Source: Amoebophrya sp. A120
Taxonomy: Eukaryota > Protista > Dinoflagellata
DNA: 64,000 nucleotides
Direction: 5' to 3'
NCBI GenBank assembly: GCA_905178155.1
Contig: CAJINV010000033.1
Span: 84,736 to 148,735 of the forward strand
This document shows positions 37,751 through 49,700 of the stretch, in pieces. The notes beneath the pieces were generated by a model, which was not told where the DNA came from, did no database searches, and was given only the letters and a program-made list of their open reading frames with translations. Positions within the stretch are counted from its first letter, which is position 1. Each line of letters opens with the position of its first letter. Position numbers and translations under genes: made by a program.

Positions 37751-40700
37751 ATGTCTTCTCCAACGGCGAGTGCCGGGCCCAGCGATGGGGTTCTGTACAT
37801 GGGAGATGTCATCCTGTTGCGGGTCAAGATCACGGAGAAGCGCATGGGCTACGTTAGTTGCGACGGGTTCACGAATCCAGAGATGTCCGTGGTTTCTCCG
37901 CCGGACATGCAGGCGATCGACGACATTCGGGATTGTTTGTTCAAAGTGGTACGTGCAGAAGAAGAAGTGCGTTGTAGTTTATTTTTCAATTGATTGCAAA
38001 AGATCATCGACGAAGCCGAAGGCTAGTTCCGCCTGAGCAGTCTGTGTGCACTCCTAAGTACGCCGCCTTACACCGAAACTAATCGATTCCGATTGCAGTT
38101 TATCATCTACGGGCAAAAGTTAAAGTATAAACGTGTGAAAAGCTTTTCTCAGGTTTGCAAGCTCGACTACACGGCCCAGCGCGAGCTTGCGAAGTTACAA
38201 AATGAACGGAAGATGGAGGGTGACCCGCTGCGGTCCGCGAGTCGGTTCAGTGCGAAGGAGAAAAATCTGGACGCGGACATCCGGCGGGCGCAGGGGAAGG
38301 TGGAGCTGGAAGCGCAGACGAACCGGGAGAAGGAGAGGTTTGTGCACCCGGTGACCTATGGCGACACGATTCAGCTGTTTCACATCAAGTCAGGGAAGTA
38401 CCTCACCGTTCGCTCGCAGGAGTCGGCCTCGGTGGAAAACCACAACCGACTGGTCTCCGTGGCCGACGGGAACCAGTACTCCGCATTTCCTATGTCCGGC
38501 TTAGCGGGACGAATCGCAACCTGGTGGACCATAAGTAATGTTGTACAGTCGGAACTTCTCTTGTACAAAGGGCGAGAGCGCAGACGCAGAACTTGCTTAC
38601 TTCAACTTCTGCTTGTTGAGATGAAATTTGGCCATGCTAGAATGAAAACAACTCTCCTTTACTGACGCATTTTGCATGATCGCAATCTCTTCAACATCGT
38701 CCTTCTGAGAAGATTCTTCCTCCACCTGAGCCGGGTATATTCCGCGTCCGCAGTTTTTACAAGCACAAGTACCAGGGCGAACGGGTGAGGTTCAACGAGC
38801 AGGTGATTTTTGACGTTCAGAGACTCGGCAAGGAGTGGACGTTGCGCACGGCCGGGACCGAGTGCGAGACGCCGGACGGCATCCCGTTTTTCGAAATGAA
38901 CTGTGCGTGCGACCAGGTGACCGGGTACTTTCCCATGCTGTACAGCCGCAATCCGGACCACCTAAACTACGCGTCCGTCGTGCGCCTCTACTACTGCGGC
39001 GCGAATGCCATGGTGGGGGCGAGCTGCCACGATGAGGAGGCCACGAGTACCCTGGTCTTGGAGAAGGAGAAGGATGTGCAGCAACTGTCCGAGCTGATGA
39101 CAGGGTCCGGGCTGCTGCAAAACGAGCTGCGCATGAAGGGCAAGGTGATCCCGTCGGGGGCGAAAACCGACATGACGATGCGGGAAATACGGGAAAAACT
39201 CCCAGCGGACGTGGTGTTTCACTGGAAGACCAACGTGAAAACCCCGTATTTGCGGCCCCTGCCACAACTCGCCTACGACCACGTGGACAATCTGTGGTCG
39301 AAGGGCTGCTGGTTGATAGAACAAACCGCAAACCGGTTGGGCGGGGGCGCGGTGGAGTGGAAAAAACCGATCTGCTTCCGGCACTTGGGCAGCGGCAGAT
39401 ACCTCAGTGTCTCGAACCGGTTCCCGGATGGGGAAGGGAATTTCGGGTAGAAGGAAAAATGACTTCCACTAGAAGCCAACTCATTTTTTTCAAGTCTGAT
39501 CGGTCGTCCCTAGGCTAATTGTTTCAATCTGCATGTCGATGAAACTGAAAGCAAAAGAAACGGATGTTGAGGCATGGTGCAGCTGTTGTATCGCAGCATG
39601 ATGGAGAAGATACACAAAAGAACTTCAACTTGGCAATCAACAGTGCCTGCATGCTGAAGCGCGCGGACGCGACGTCTTTCTTTTTTCTCGAACCTATCGA
39701 GCCCATCGACGGTGCCAAAGTACCTCTCGGGCGTATCCGCTGCCTGATCGGGTGGAAGGATGAGTCGACCGGGCAGCAGTACTTTTTGTCTGTCGGCTAT
39801 CGCAAGAAAAAAACTATGTGAGTGTAAATCTGTGATGCAGAAAGTGCAAAACTGTTACACTTGTCATGCTGGATCTGCGTCATGCGCTACTTTCATACGT
39901 GTTTCCACGTACTAGCTGCGCATGACAGATTTTCCCTGTAATGCAAAGCTAATTTGTGCTGCTGTTTTTCCGTACACAGTTACACTTACACATTTTTTTT
40001 CCTGGATATCGGCGGGCAAAAAGCTTCCCGGCTCTCGGCCGCCGCTACGCTGCGCAAGCGACAGCTGAACGCCACCCGGGCGCGGGGCGGCCAAGCGGTC
40101 AACGAGGGCGAGGGCAGCCAGAGCAGCCGCGACATTTTGTTTCTCAACTCGCGCCGGGTGCGGGACGCGGTGCAGATTGAGTGCATGGAGGGGAAATCCA
40201 AGGATACGGACCCCTATGTCCTGCCGGAGTTGCTCACCTACGTCACCGACATTAATCGCTTGTACGTGACCAAGAACTTTTTCAAAACCTCCTGCCGCCG
40301 CCTAGCGCAGCTGCGCGACACCTTGAAGCTGTGGCACAAGCAGGGCGGGCCCAAGGCGAGCAACAGTCCGACGAGCAATCGGCCGGCAGAGCAAAGGCGG
40401 ACCTCCCGCCGGTTGTCGGACGAAGCTGCGTATCAATCGCAAATTATGGATCTCAGAGTCTGGTTCTGGAAGGAAACAGAGGTTTTTCCTGCAGCTGTGG
40501 TCGCATGAGCATAACCACCCAGAAAGTGAAAGTCGGGTAGGAAGAACAAAGTGGCCCTAGCATCACAGGTTTTGAGACAAGGAGGTTTTTTCATCTCAAT
40601 GCCTGCCCCGCATGTCGAGACAGCGACAGCGCTGCTGGTTTCGGTGGCCGGTCTGCCGGAAGCGGCAACCTTATGCTGCCCAAGCATGACACTTTTTTGC

Positions 40701-43700
40701 GTACTAGTCCTCTGAAAAGCGCATCTTCACAACAAGTTTGCAGGTTCTCCCCAGAACACGAGAAGACATAGTTGCAGTGCATACGGATCGGGCGGTGGAC
40801 TTCGAGGCCGTGGTGATTGCGGAGCGGAAAACATACCTGCAAATCGCCCGGGTGGTCAACGAGTCCATTGCCTTCATGCTGACCGTATCGAATGTAAAAA
40901 TGTCTGGGTCTGGAAGAATGCAACTTGTCATGCTAAATCTGAAGCATGTAAAAATCTGTGTTGCATGATTACCAAAAGTCGTCCAGTTTTGACCAAGTCG
41001 GGAGGGAGTTTCTCATGCAGGATAGGCATGAGAGAGATCGCACAGAATCTTTCATGCTAGGTCCTGCATTCCAGACCTCATGGCTCATGGGAAATCTGCA
41101 TGACAAATCGCGCATTCTTCCAGACCCAGGCATTTTTGCATTTGATAGACCAGCGCGGAGGCTGAGGCATTGCCGGAGAACTTCACCGCGCTGGCCATGG
41201 GAATCGCGGGGAGGCGGAAGTGCAACATGATCCGGCAGAAAATCGCCAAAGAGCTGAAGTTCATTGACGCTTCCGTTTCCATGGAGGAAGCCATCTGGAT
41301 GCTGGGCGGGTGCAGGTTCATGAAGGGCGTCTCGCGGACAGTAATCGATCTAAACCCAAACGCGACCGCCGCGGCAGCGAAGGCGTCAACGGTACTGATA
41401 GTGTGTTTGTGAGTAGATACAACTTGCAATATCGAACTGGAATCAGGCAGCTTAGATCTTGACGACGACAAATCCAAGTGCGTCCTTCTCCTTCTACCAT
41501 CTAATTTGTCATGCGAAACCTCCTATGCGAAAGCGAAACCGAATGTGATGCGAAACCTCCTATACGAATCCGTCTATCAGACCGGCTCCATGGCGGAGAA
41601 TGTGGACCTCGCGGACACGCCTTCGCCGGAGAAAGTGAACTGCATGAAGCTGTTGCTCATCCTGTGGCAAAAGTGCTTCCAGGCAAACCTGCCGGTGGAG
41701 GACTACTTTGTGCGCAATGAATGGATGGAGTTGATCAACAGTCTGAACGGGCTGGGGCTCGGCGCCGCAAGCGTCCTCGGGGTCATGATGGAAACAAACG
41801 CAAACTTGGTCCGGAACGCCAAACCCCACGTGGTGCTTCAGTTCGTTGATTTCTTGAAGCGGCTCGGCCCCGACGCCACCTGGCTAAACTTGCTCCAAGG
41901 GTTCTGCAGCTGTCTCGGCGTGCCGATCCAGTGCCAGCAGCAGCTGGTGCTGCAATCTGTGTACGATCCGGGGAGTATATGAGAATGCACAACTTCTACC
42001 CCTCCTACTCAATTGTCATGCAAAATTACCAAAAGCATATGCGCCCTTTGCCTCTTGGCGTTGGCCCTTTTTGCATTTACAGATTCATCTGGCAGCCCAT
42101 ACAGAACTAGAACAATACGCAGTGCAGTTGTCATGCAAAACCTTCACTCTTGCCGAGCCGACGCTACGCAGCTGCTCATGCACCTCGAATGAGGGGGAGG
42201 GGGAGTTGTGCACTCTCATAGAGTATTCAGCCGAATACGGAGTGGATTGGGAACAAAAAGAAACTACTCCTCTCCTGCCGCTATGCATTGCAAAAACATC
42301 TTCGCGCTAGATAGACAAAAATTGCTTCAGAATATTAAAAGTGTGCTAAGTTGTTAGTAGACTCGTTGAATGTTGCCATCTGTCCTCACTACAACGCGCG
42401 ACAGATTATATTTTGCAAAGGATAGTCGCCTCGGTTCCGTCGTGTGCCCCTTTCCGGAAACCCTCCGTGCCCAGTACACCGGCGGCGAAGCGAGTGCAGC
42501 GATCTACGGACACACCCTCCTCGCCTCGGGGATCCGCGATTTGTTTGTCTCCTGGCACAGCTCCGACGGGCAGCTGTGGCAGTTGGGGAACACGGAAAAG
42601 TTCGGGCTGTACTTCTCGCCGAAACAGCTGGGCCTGAAAACCTTCACGTTTCCGGACGACAGCGACCGGCGGCAATGGGTGAATTTGGCGGACATCATGT
42701 GGGTTTTGGATCCCAACGCCTGTTTTAACGTGGTCTTCGACACCAGGGAGCGGTGGCCGGACCGACAGAAAAAAATGTCGAAGTCGGAGAAGGCCAGCAT
42801 GCAGGCGAAGCAGGTGCTCGCGAACTTCTTCATCGCGCAGCTGCAGATGCTGACGGAGATGTGTCTGGATCGGCAGGTGAACGCGATCGGGGCGATCGAG
42901 AAGGAGTACTTCTACGAACTGGTGGTGTGCGGCGTGTGGCACCCCTTCCTCCCCGAAATCGTAAGGTCGAGGTTCGCGGCGCTGACCGACAATTTGTGGA
43001 TCGACCGGCACCCGCACTACGAAATGGAGGTGCCGAACTTCATCCGGAAGTACTTTGGAACCACCGCCATGCAGATGATCACCGCGGGCACCGCGCAGCA
43101 CCAGTCGGAACTGCCGAAGTTTGAGTTGATAACCCCGCCCGTGACCTCGAAACAGGGCGAGGCGGAGCAGGCCGGTAACATGAAGGTGAACCCGTTTTAC
43201 GGGATTACCAGCTCGCAGAAGTTCCAACTTCTGCTGGGCTACATCCAGTACCACATGGAAAAGATGGAGGGGAAGATGTGCATCACGCAGAAGGGTCTGA
43301 ACCAATACACGGGTGCGTTGATGGAGATGGGCCTGCACTTGCTACGCTTCGGCTTTATCCCCACCTGGGACCAGCTCTGCGACATCCTGGAACCCATCCT
43401 GAAGTGCATGGACGGCCGGACCGACTGGCTGAAGCAAGCTTATGGCGTTCTCAAACGTTACATTCTCAACTGTTACATGATTTGTCATGCAAAATGACCA
43501 TGACCCGCCAGACGATCAAGCTGCTGCGCATGACAAATTCTCGGAGGTCTAAACAGCACTATAATCCGCACGAAACCTGTAATGCAAGACGCGCAAGGTT
43601 CTCCCTCTCACCTGTGCTAGTCTTGCGTTACAAATTCATGTAACAGTTGAAAACGCCATAAAGCTACCGACCAGCTCACTCCCCGGTCCGCGTTTGTGCT

Positions 43701-46700
43701 GGACGTGGGGCCTATCAAATGTAAAAATGTCTGGGTCTGGAAGAATGCCAGACTTGTCATGCATATTTTGCATGACTCGGGATGTCTGTAATGCGTGATC
43801 TGGCATCACATATTTCTAGAGGCCTTCCTGATGCCTATCCCGCATGACAAATGCCCTCCCCGCGTAGCACAAACTGGGCGCCTCTTCCTGGTCATGCAAT
43901 ACAGATTTTTTTAGAGTCCAAAGTTAGCATCACAAGTTGCATTCTTCCAGACCCAGACACTTTTGCATTTGATAGGGCCGAACGGCCTAGACCCGCACGG
44001 TGCAGCGCTGGCAAGCGCGGAACAGGGCGGTGGCGGGGGCATTTCGCCGAGCTCGACGATCGTGTCGGGGTCGAGCGCCACGAAGCTCGCGGCGGAGCCG
44101 CTGCTGAGCGGGTTTTCGACGAAAAGCGGGGGGTTCTGCGACGTGAGTGTGCAGGAAGACGTCGAGATGCGCGTGACGAGGAGAAGGCCAATACATTCCC
44201 CGCGGTGGGCGGGAACAAGAATGTATAGTGCCGAATAGATGCTGTAGCGTTTGTCGCAATAGTACAAGTGCCGATGCGAAGGCGTCTACGTCTTTGCAAC
44301 ACAAACTTTTTGTTGATTCGCAGTACTAACTTACGTAGAGAAAATCCAACTTCAATATGCTTCATTTCTTGTATACCATTTGCATTTGTTTCACCTCGCC
44401 GCTCCTTACAAATTGAAATTTCCCCTGCCTAGTCCTTCATGGAAGATTTTCTGCCCGACGAGGATCACTTCCAAAGAATGTAAACGTACTTACACGATGG
44501 ATCCAGGTTTCCCCCCATCCCCACCGTCGCAGAAGACGAACTAGTTCGATGGCACGACAGCCCAGAGAACGCCGAACTGATGGAATGTAAGTCGTACATG
44601 TGCGAACTCTGCCTCCGTGTACACGACCTGGCGATCGATCAGATCCTAGGCCGCATCGTCCCTCTCTTCAAACAGTGGGAGGCCACCACCGCGGGCGGTC
44701 GGCAGGGCTACACTGGCGCGCGGTTCAGTGAGCAACAGGGCGCTCTATGGATCGTGAATGTATCGTACTACAGTACGGAGACGAACTGCAAAACTTAGCA
44801 TGAAAAATGGGATTTGGAATGCGGATCTTCCACCTTAGGAGTGGAGAGGGATTTGTATTGATGCATGATTGCAATTACTAGAGACTCCTACGAATATTAC
44901 GATACTTTTGCAAACCATACTCTCCCGTTTCCATTGATTTGGTCGAGCAGGTATTGCTACCCATTGCAAATGTGCCTGGGTCCCCCGGAATTTTGCCATG
45001 CGAAAAGTAGATGAAGATGAATGACAAATGACTGACTGGCTCCAGTACGCAGCTAAGCATGAGAAGTTTCACAGCGGTTTTACTTTTACAACGGTAGTGC
45101 GAAGTGCGCATGAGAATAAAACACGTTTTTTCGACGTGACAGAGACGTGCCGCTCTGCGGCAACATGCATCACAGAGTTCAGAACGGGTTCGAGTATATT
45201 ATACAATAATGCGTGTCCAGCTCCAGAATGTGAATGAGGACAAGTCATATTTGCAATGCATAGATGCGGCAAATCACGCTGAAGAAGTTCGGGTTCGATA
45301 CGTATATGGACGGCGGCAACTTCACGGTCTATCAAAATGAAAAATCCCCCCACCCCACATCAAAACGAAGTTTGTTATGTTGGATTTGCGTACACAAATC
45401 AGATTTGTCTTGCTTGGAGAGAGGACTGCAGGCCCCTGCCATGCCTGAGTAGAGAGGTTTTGGCCTAGGCGCTTAGCATGAGAAACGTCTATGCTGTAGC
45501 CAACAGCATGACAAACCGCCTGCATAATGCGGCAGAGCCTGTGGAGTTGTCTTCTTGCAACACAGACGTGCGCTGTGGTCTCAAATCAGCAAGAGGAAGT
45601 TCGGCGTGTCGGGTGAGGGACCCCCGACGTCTGGCCTACGGATATCATGGGGAACTAAGGCTCAAATCAGCAAGACAAATTTTCGGAAACATAGCGCTTC
45701 GATATGGGGAGGGGGGATTTTCACTCTCGATACGGTCATGCTACTGGACTTGCTGATGTACGAAAATGCGAACTTGTTTCAGTTGGTGTTGGAATTGATC
45801 TTTAAAACGGGGTTCCGCACGAAGGAGGCCTTGAAAAATATGGACAGCGTCTTCCTGGTGCTCAACACGGACGAGGACAGGAGAATAGCGACGATGCGGC
45901 GGGACATCGTCACTCTCACGAACGGCTTTCACACGTTCGAATCCTGGGGGCAGTCGGACTCCTTTTCCCAGCACGATTCCGAGAAGGCGAAAAACATGAA
46001 CGCGATTTGCCGCCGCTTGCGGCACAACTGCTCGGTCGGCGGCCAGGACACGGGCGACACGAGTGTGCCGGACGAAACGGCGCAGCGGAACCTACTGGAC
46101 CTCGGTCTGATGCGCGCGATTTCCGCCGCGATAAGCATCCCGATCACGGAGTTTCAAGGCGAGGGTTTGAACGTGTTGAAAGAGATGATGAAGGAGGTCA
46201 CGGGGCTCCTGACCATGTTTGTCTACGACAACAAGCGAAACCAGCATGCGGCTTTCGAGCACCTCCCCACACTGCGCATATCAAATGCAAAAATGTGTGG
46301 GTCTGGAAACTTGTGATGCTGGGTGGCGTATCATGAGGAGGCCACAAGTGCTGGCTCAGCATGGCAAATTTTTGAGCTTCCAGGTGTTGCCTATTCTGCA
46401 TGAAAGGGACACGCCGTTGGGTCGTCCGCCATCGTGATAGGATCGCCGTGTCTGATCATTCGACCCCCTGTATGCTTTTTAGCGCGCAACCGGTCACAGA
46501 AGTAAGTCTTAGAGCAAGTTTGTAAGACTAACCCATCAAGGCAATACTGGAGCTCCACCGTGCTCGCGGGCTTGGATGGTAAGGCAGGTCAGCCACACAT
46601 AGCGCCCACTGGCTGTAGCCATGCGTAAGCAATCGATAGCAGTTTTGCAGGTGCAGCCGGGTGGTAGTTAGGAAGTGGGCCGGGTCCCCACGACCTAGGG

Positions 46701-49700
46701 GCATCGGCAGAGGCTAAATGTGTTCTAGCGCCCAGGTATTGGCAGAGGCTAAATCTGTTCTAACGCCAACCCGCCAGGAGTTAAATGGTACTACTACTAC
46801 TACTGCATGACAGAAAAATGGTGCTCTTGGGTAACGTGCATGACTACAGATTCGAGAGTCATGCCAGACAAGCATGACAAACATGCATTCTCCCAGACCC
46901 AGACATTTTTGCAGTTGATAGCGCACCTGGTTTAACTACGGCGTCGGCATGGCAAACCCCATCGCAAGTATTTTCCGCAACAACCGGGAGCTGTGCGAGA
47001 AGGTCCCCGTGGCTCTGATCTACGACTTCGCTTTCGCGCTGCAGGCCCGGTCCCGCGGCTTCTTGCCGCACCAGCTGGCGTTTTTCCACTCGATCCTGGT
47101 GGTGGGGGACCGAAAAATCAACCGAAACGCGGATATTCTAGCGGAAATCCTGTCGAAGCCAAGGTTTGATAAGGTTCTCCACTGCTTGTTCGACTCCGAC
47201 GGGCGGAAGAAACGCCGGAGCATGCTGCGGAAGTTTGCGAGTTTGGAGGAATTGTCGAAGCCCGAGCCGTATGAATTGCAAAAGTATCGTACTCGTATAA
47301 ACGCATTACAAATTTCCTCAGCATGTTGATAAATAAAATTTGTAAAAATGCGGATATACCTAAGGAAAAAGATTTGTAATGCATGGGCGCAATTACTACG
47401 AGTACGAGACTTTTGCACAGGATAAGCCGTTCCGAAAGTGGAACGGCGACGACGCCGAGCTTGTCTACTCCGTGAAGTCGGTCGAGCTTCTCAGCTTGAT
47501 TTGCCTCGGCCAGGGTGACGGCGGACGGTCCAGCTTCGTGGTGAACATGATTTCGCCAGACTCACTGACGGTCCAGTACATGGAAGTCCATGAGACCGTC
47601 TACATTACCACCGAGCCGGTCGGCGGCCAGCCCTCGATCTCCAAGGCCGCACAGGAGATGGCCCGGGTGTTACAGGGCGCGATGCTGGACCTGATGTCCA
47701 ACTGCTACTACGAGACGGAAGTAAGGGACGACCGGTTCTGGAATTCGGATATTCACTTGTATCTACTCGAACTGCTCACCACGGAAATTGACAAAATCTT
47801 CAACGTATCAACTGCAACTATGTCTGGGGCTGGGAGATTGCGAGACTTGTCATGCTAGTCTGGCATGACTCTGAGCTCTCTATTACGTGGCCGCGAAGAG
47901 CTCCGCTTGCCCGTCATGCAAAAACGCAGTCTCTCGTGCGGAGTACGCAACTCAGAACCACAGCAAAACTTGTCATGCTGGGCAGCGCATTACAGTGCTT
48001 TCACTGTACAACTCCCTTCCCTGCAACACAGGTTTCCAGACCCAGACATGTTTGCATTTGATACAACGTGAGTGCAAAGAACCGCCCGGTCACGGACAGC
48101 GAGGAGATTTTCGTCCACAGGGTGCTCCGCGCGCTAAACAACTACGTGCAGTGGGCGATGAGCATCACGGAGAAGCACGGCACCACGCACAAGGGCATCC
48201 TGGATTTGTGCTATCCTGAGTAAAAACGTCCCCACACCAGAGTTGTCATGCAGATTTGCAATGACAGGAACATTTGTAATGCGCATCGCCAGGAGAGGCA
48301 TTTTTAGTCGTGTTTTGGAATTTGTAATGTTGTAAACAGGATGAGCAGATGGATTTCTGATGCAGCTGGCCATGCGAACCTGCACTAAACTACGGACTGC
48401 AACTTGTGACGCGTGACCCTCAAAAGTTCTAGGTTTGTGTTGCAAAATCCCCATCTTGACTAGGTTTGTGTTGCAAAATCCGCCGCATTTTTTTAAAAAA
48501 TTGCCGGTTGCAGCGGCATCTAACTCGAAGTTTGACAAAGCACTTTATAAGAAAAAGCACTTCGTAAAGAAAAGCACTTCGTAAAGAAAAGCACTTCGTA
48601 AAACAAAACGTAGTCATGTAAAGCAGCACGGCAGATACTTCAACATACTAGCAGTGTGCGGGGGGGGCCAATGTGGTCCCCCCCACGCGCTGCGCCTATA
48701 AATAAAACACGCCAGGGAATTTTCTTTTTTTTCCAGCAGAGGCTGGCTGTGGGACTTGGGGCAATGCCGGGGATTAGAAATGCAAATATGATGGCAGTGC
48801 GTTTCTACTCTTAAGTATCCTGCTTCAAACATGTTTTATTTTTTTTTGGCCTTTTGTCACGCTCTTTGTCATTGTCTTTGGATTAGTACCGCGTCACACA
48901 ATTGCACAAGTATTTAGAAAACATCATGGAAAATGGCACGCGGAGTCGGAAACATTGAAAACGACGCCGAGCTCGACGGANNNNNNNNNNNNNNNNNNNN
49001 NNNNNNNNNNNNNNNNNNNNNNNNNNNNNNNNNNNNNNNNNNNNNNNNNNNNNNNNNNNNNNNNNNNNNNNNNNNNNNNNTGTACGAAAATGCGAACTTG
49101 TTTCAGTTGGTGTTGGAATTGATCTTTAAAACGGGGTTCCGCACGAAGGAGGCCTTGAAAAATATGGACAGCGTCTTCCTGGTGCTCAACACGGACGAGG
49201 ACAGGAGAATAGCGACGATGCGGCGGGACATCGTCACTCTCACGAACGGCTTTCACACGTTCGAATCCTGGGGGCAGTCGGACTCCTTTTCCCAGCACGA
49301 TTCCGAGAAGGCGAAAAACATGAACGCGATTTGCCGCCGCTTGCGGCACAACTGCTCGGTCGGCGGCCAGGACACGGGCGACACGAGTGTGCCGGACGAA
49401 ACGGCGCAGCGGAACCTACTGGACCTCGGTCTGATGCGCGCGATTTCCGCCGCGATAAGCATCCCGATCACGGAGTTTCAAGGCGAGGGTTTGAACGTGT
49501 TGAAAGAGATGATGAAGGAGGTCACGGGGCTCCTGACCATGTTTGTCTACGACAACAAGCGAAACCAGCATGCGGCTTTCGAGCACCTCCCCACACTGCG
49601 CATATCAAATGCAAAAATGTGTGGGTCTGGAAACTTGTGATGCTGGGTGGCGTATCATGAGGAGGCCACAAGTGCTGGCTCAGCATGGCAAATTTTTGAG

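Larger units (their letters stand above)
45757..48980 (+). repeat. Copy 1 of a 3224-bp duplication (copy 2 at 49081-52304)
   Basis: identical ORF sets at offset 3324 on both sides of the N gap. Confidence 0.95.
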
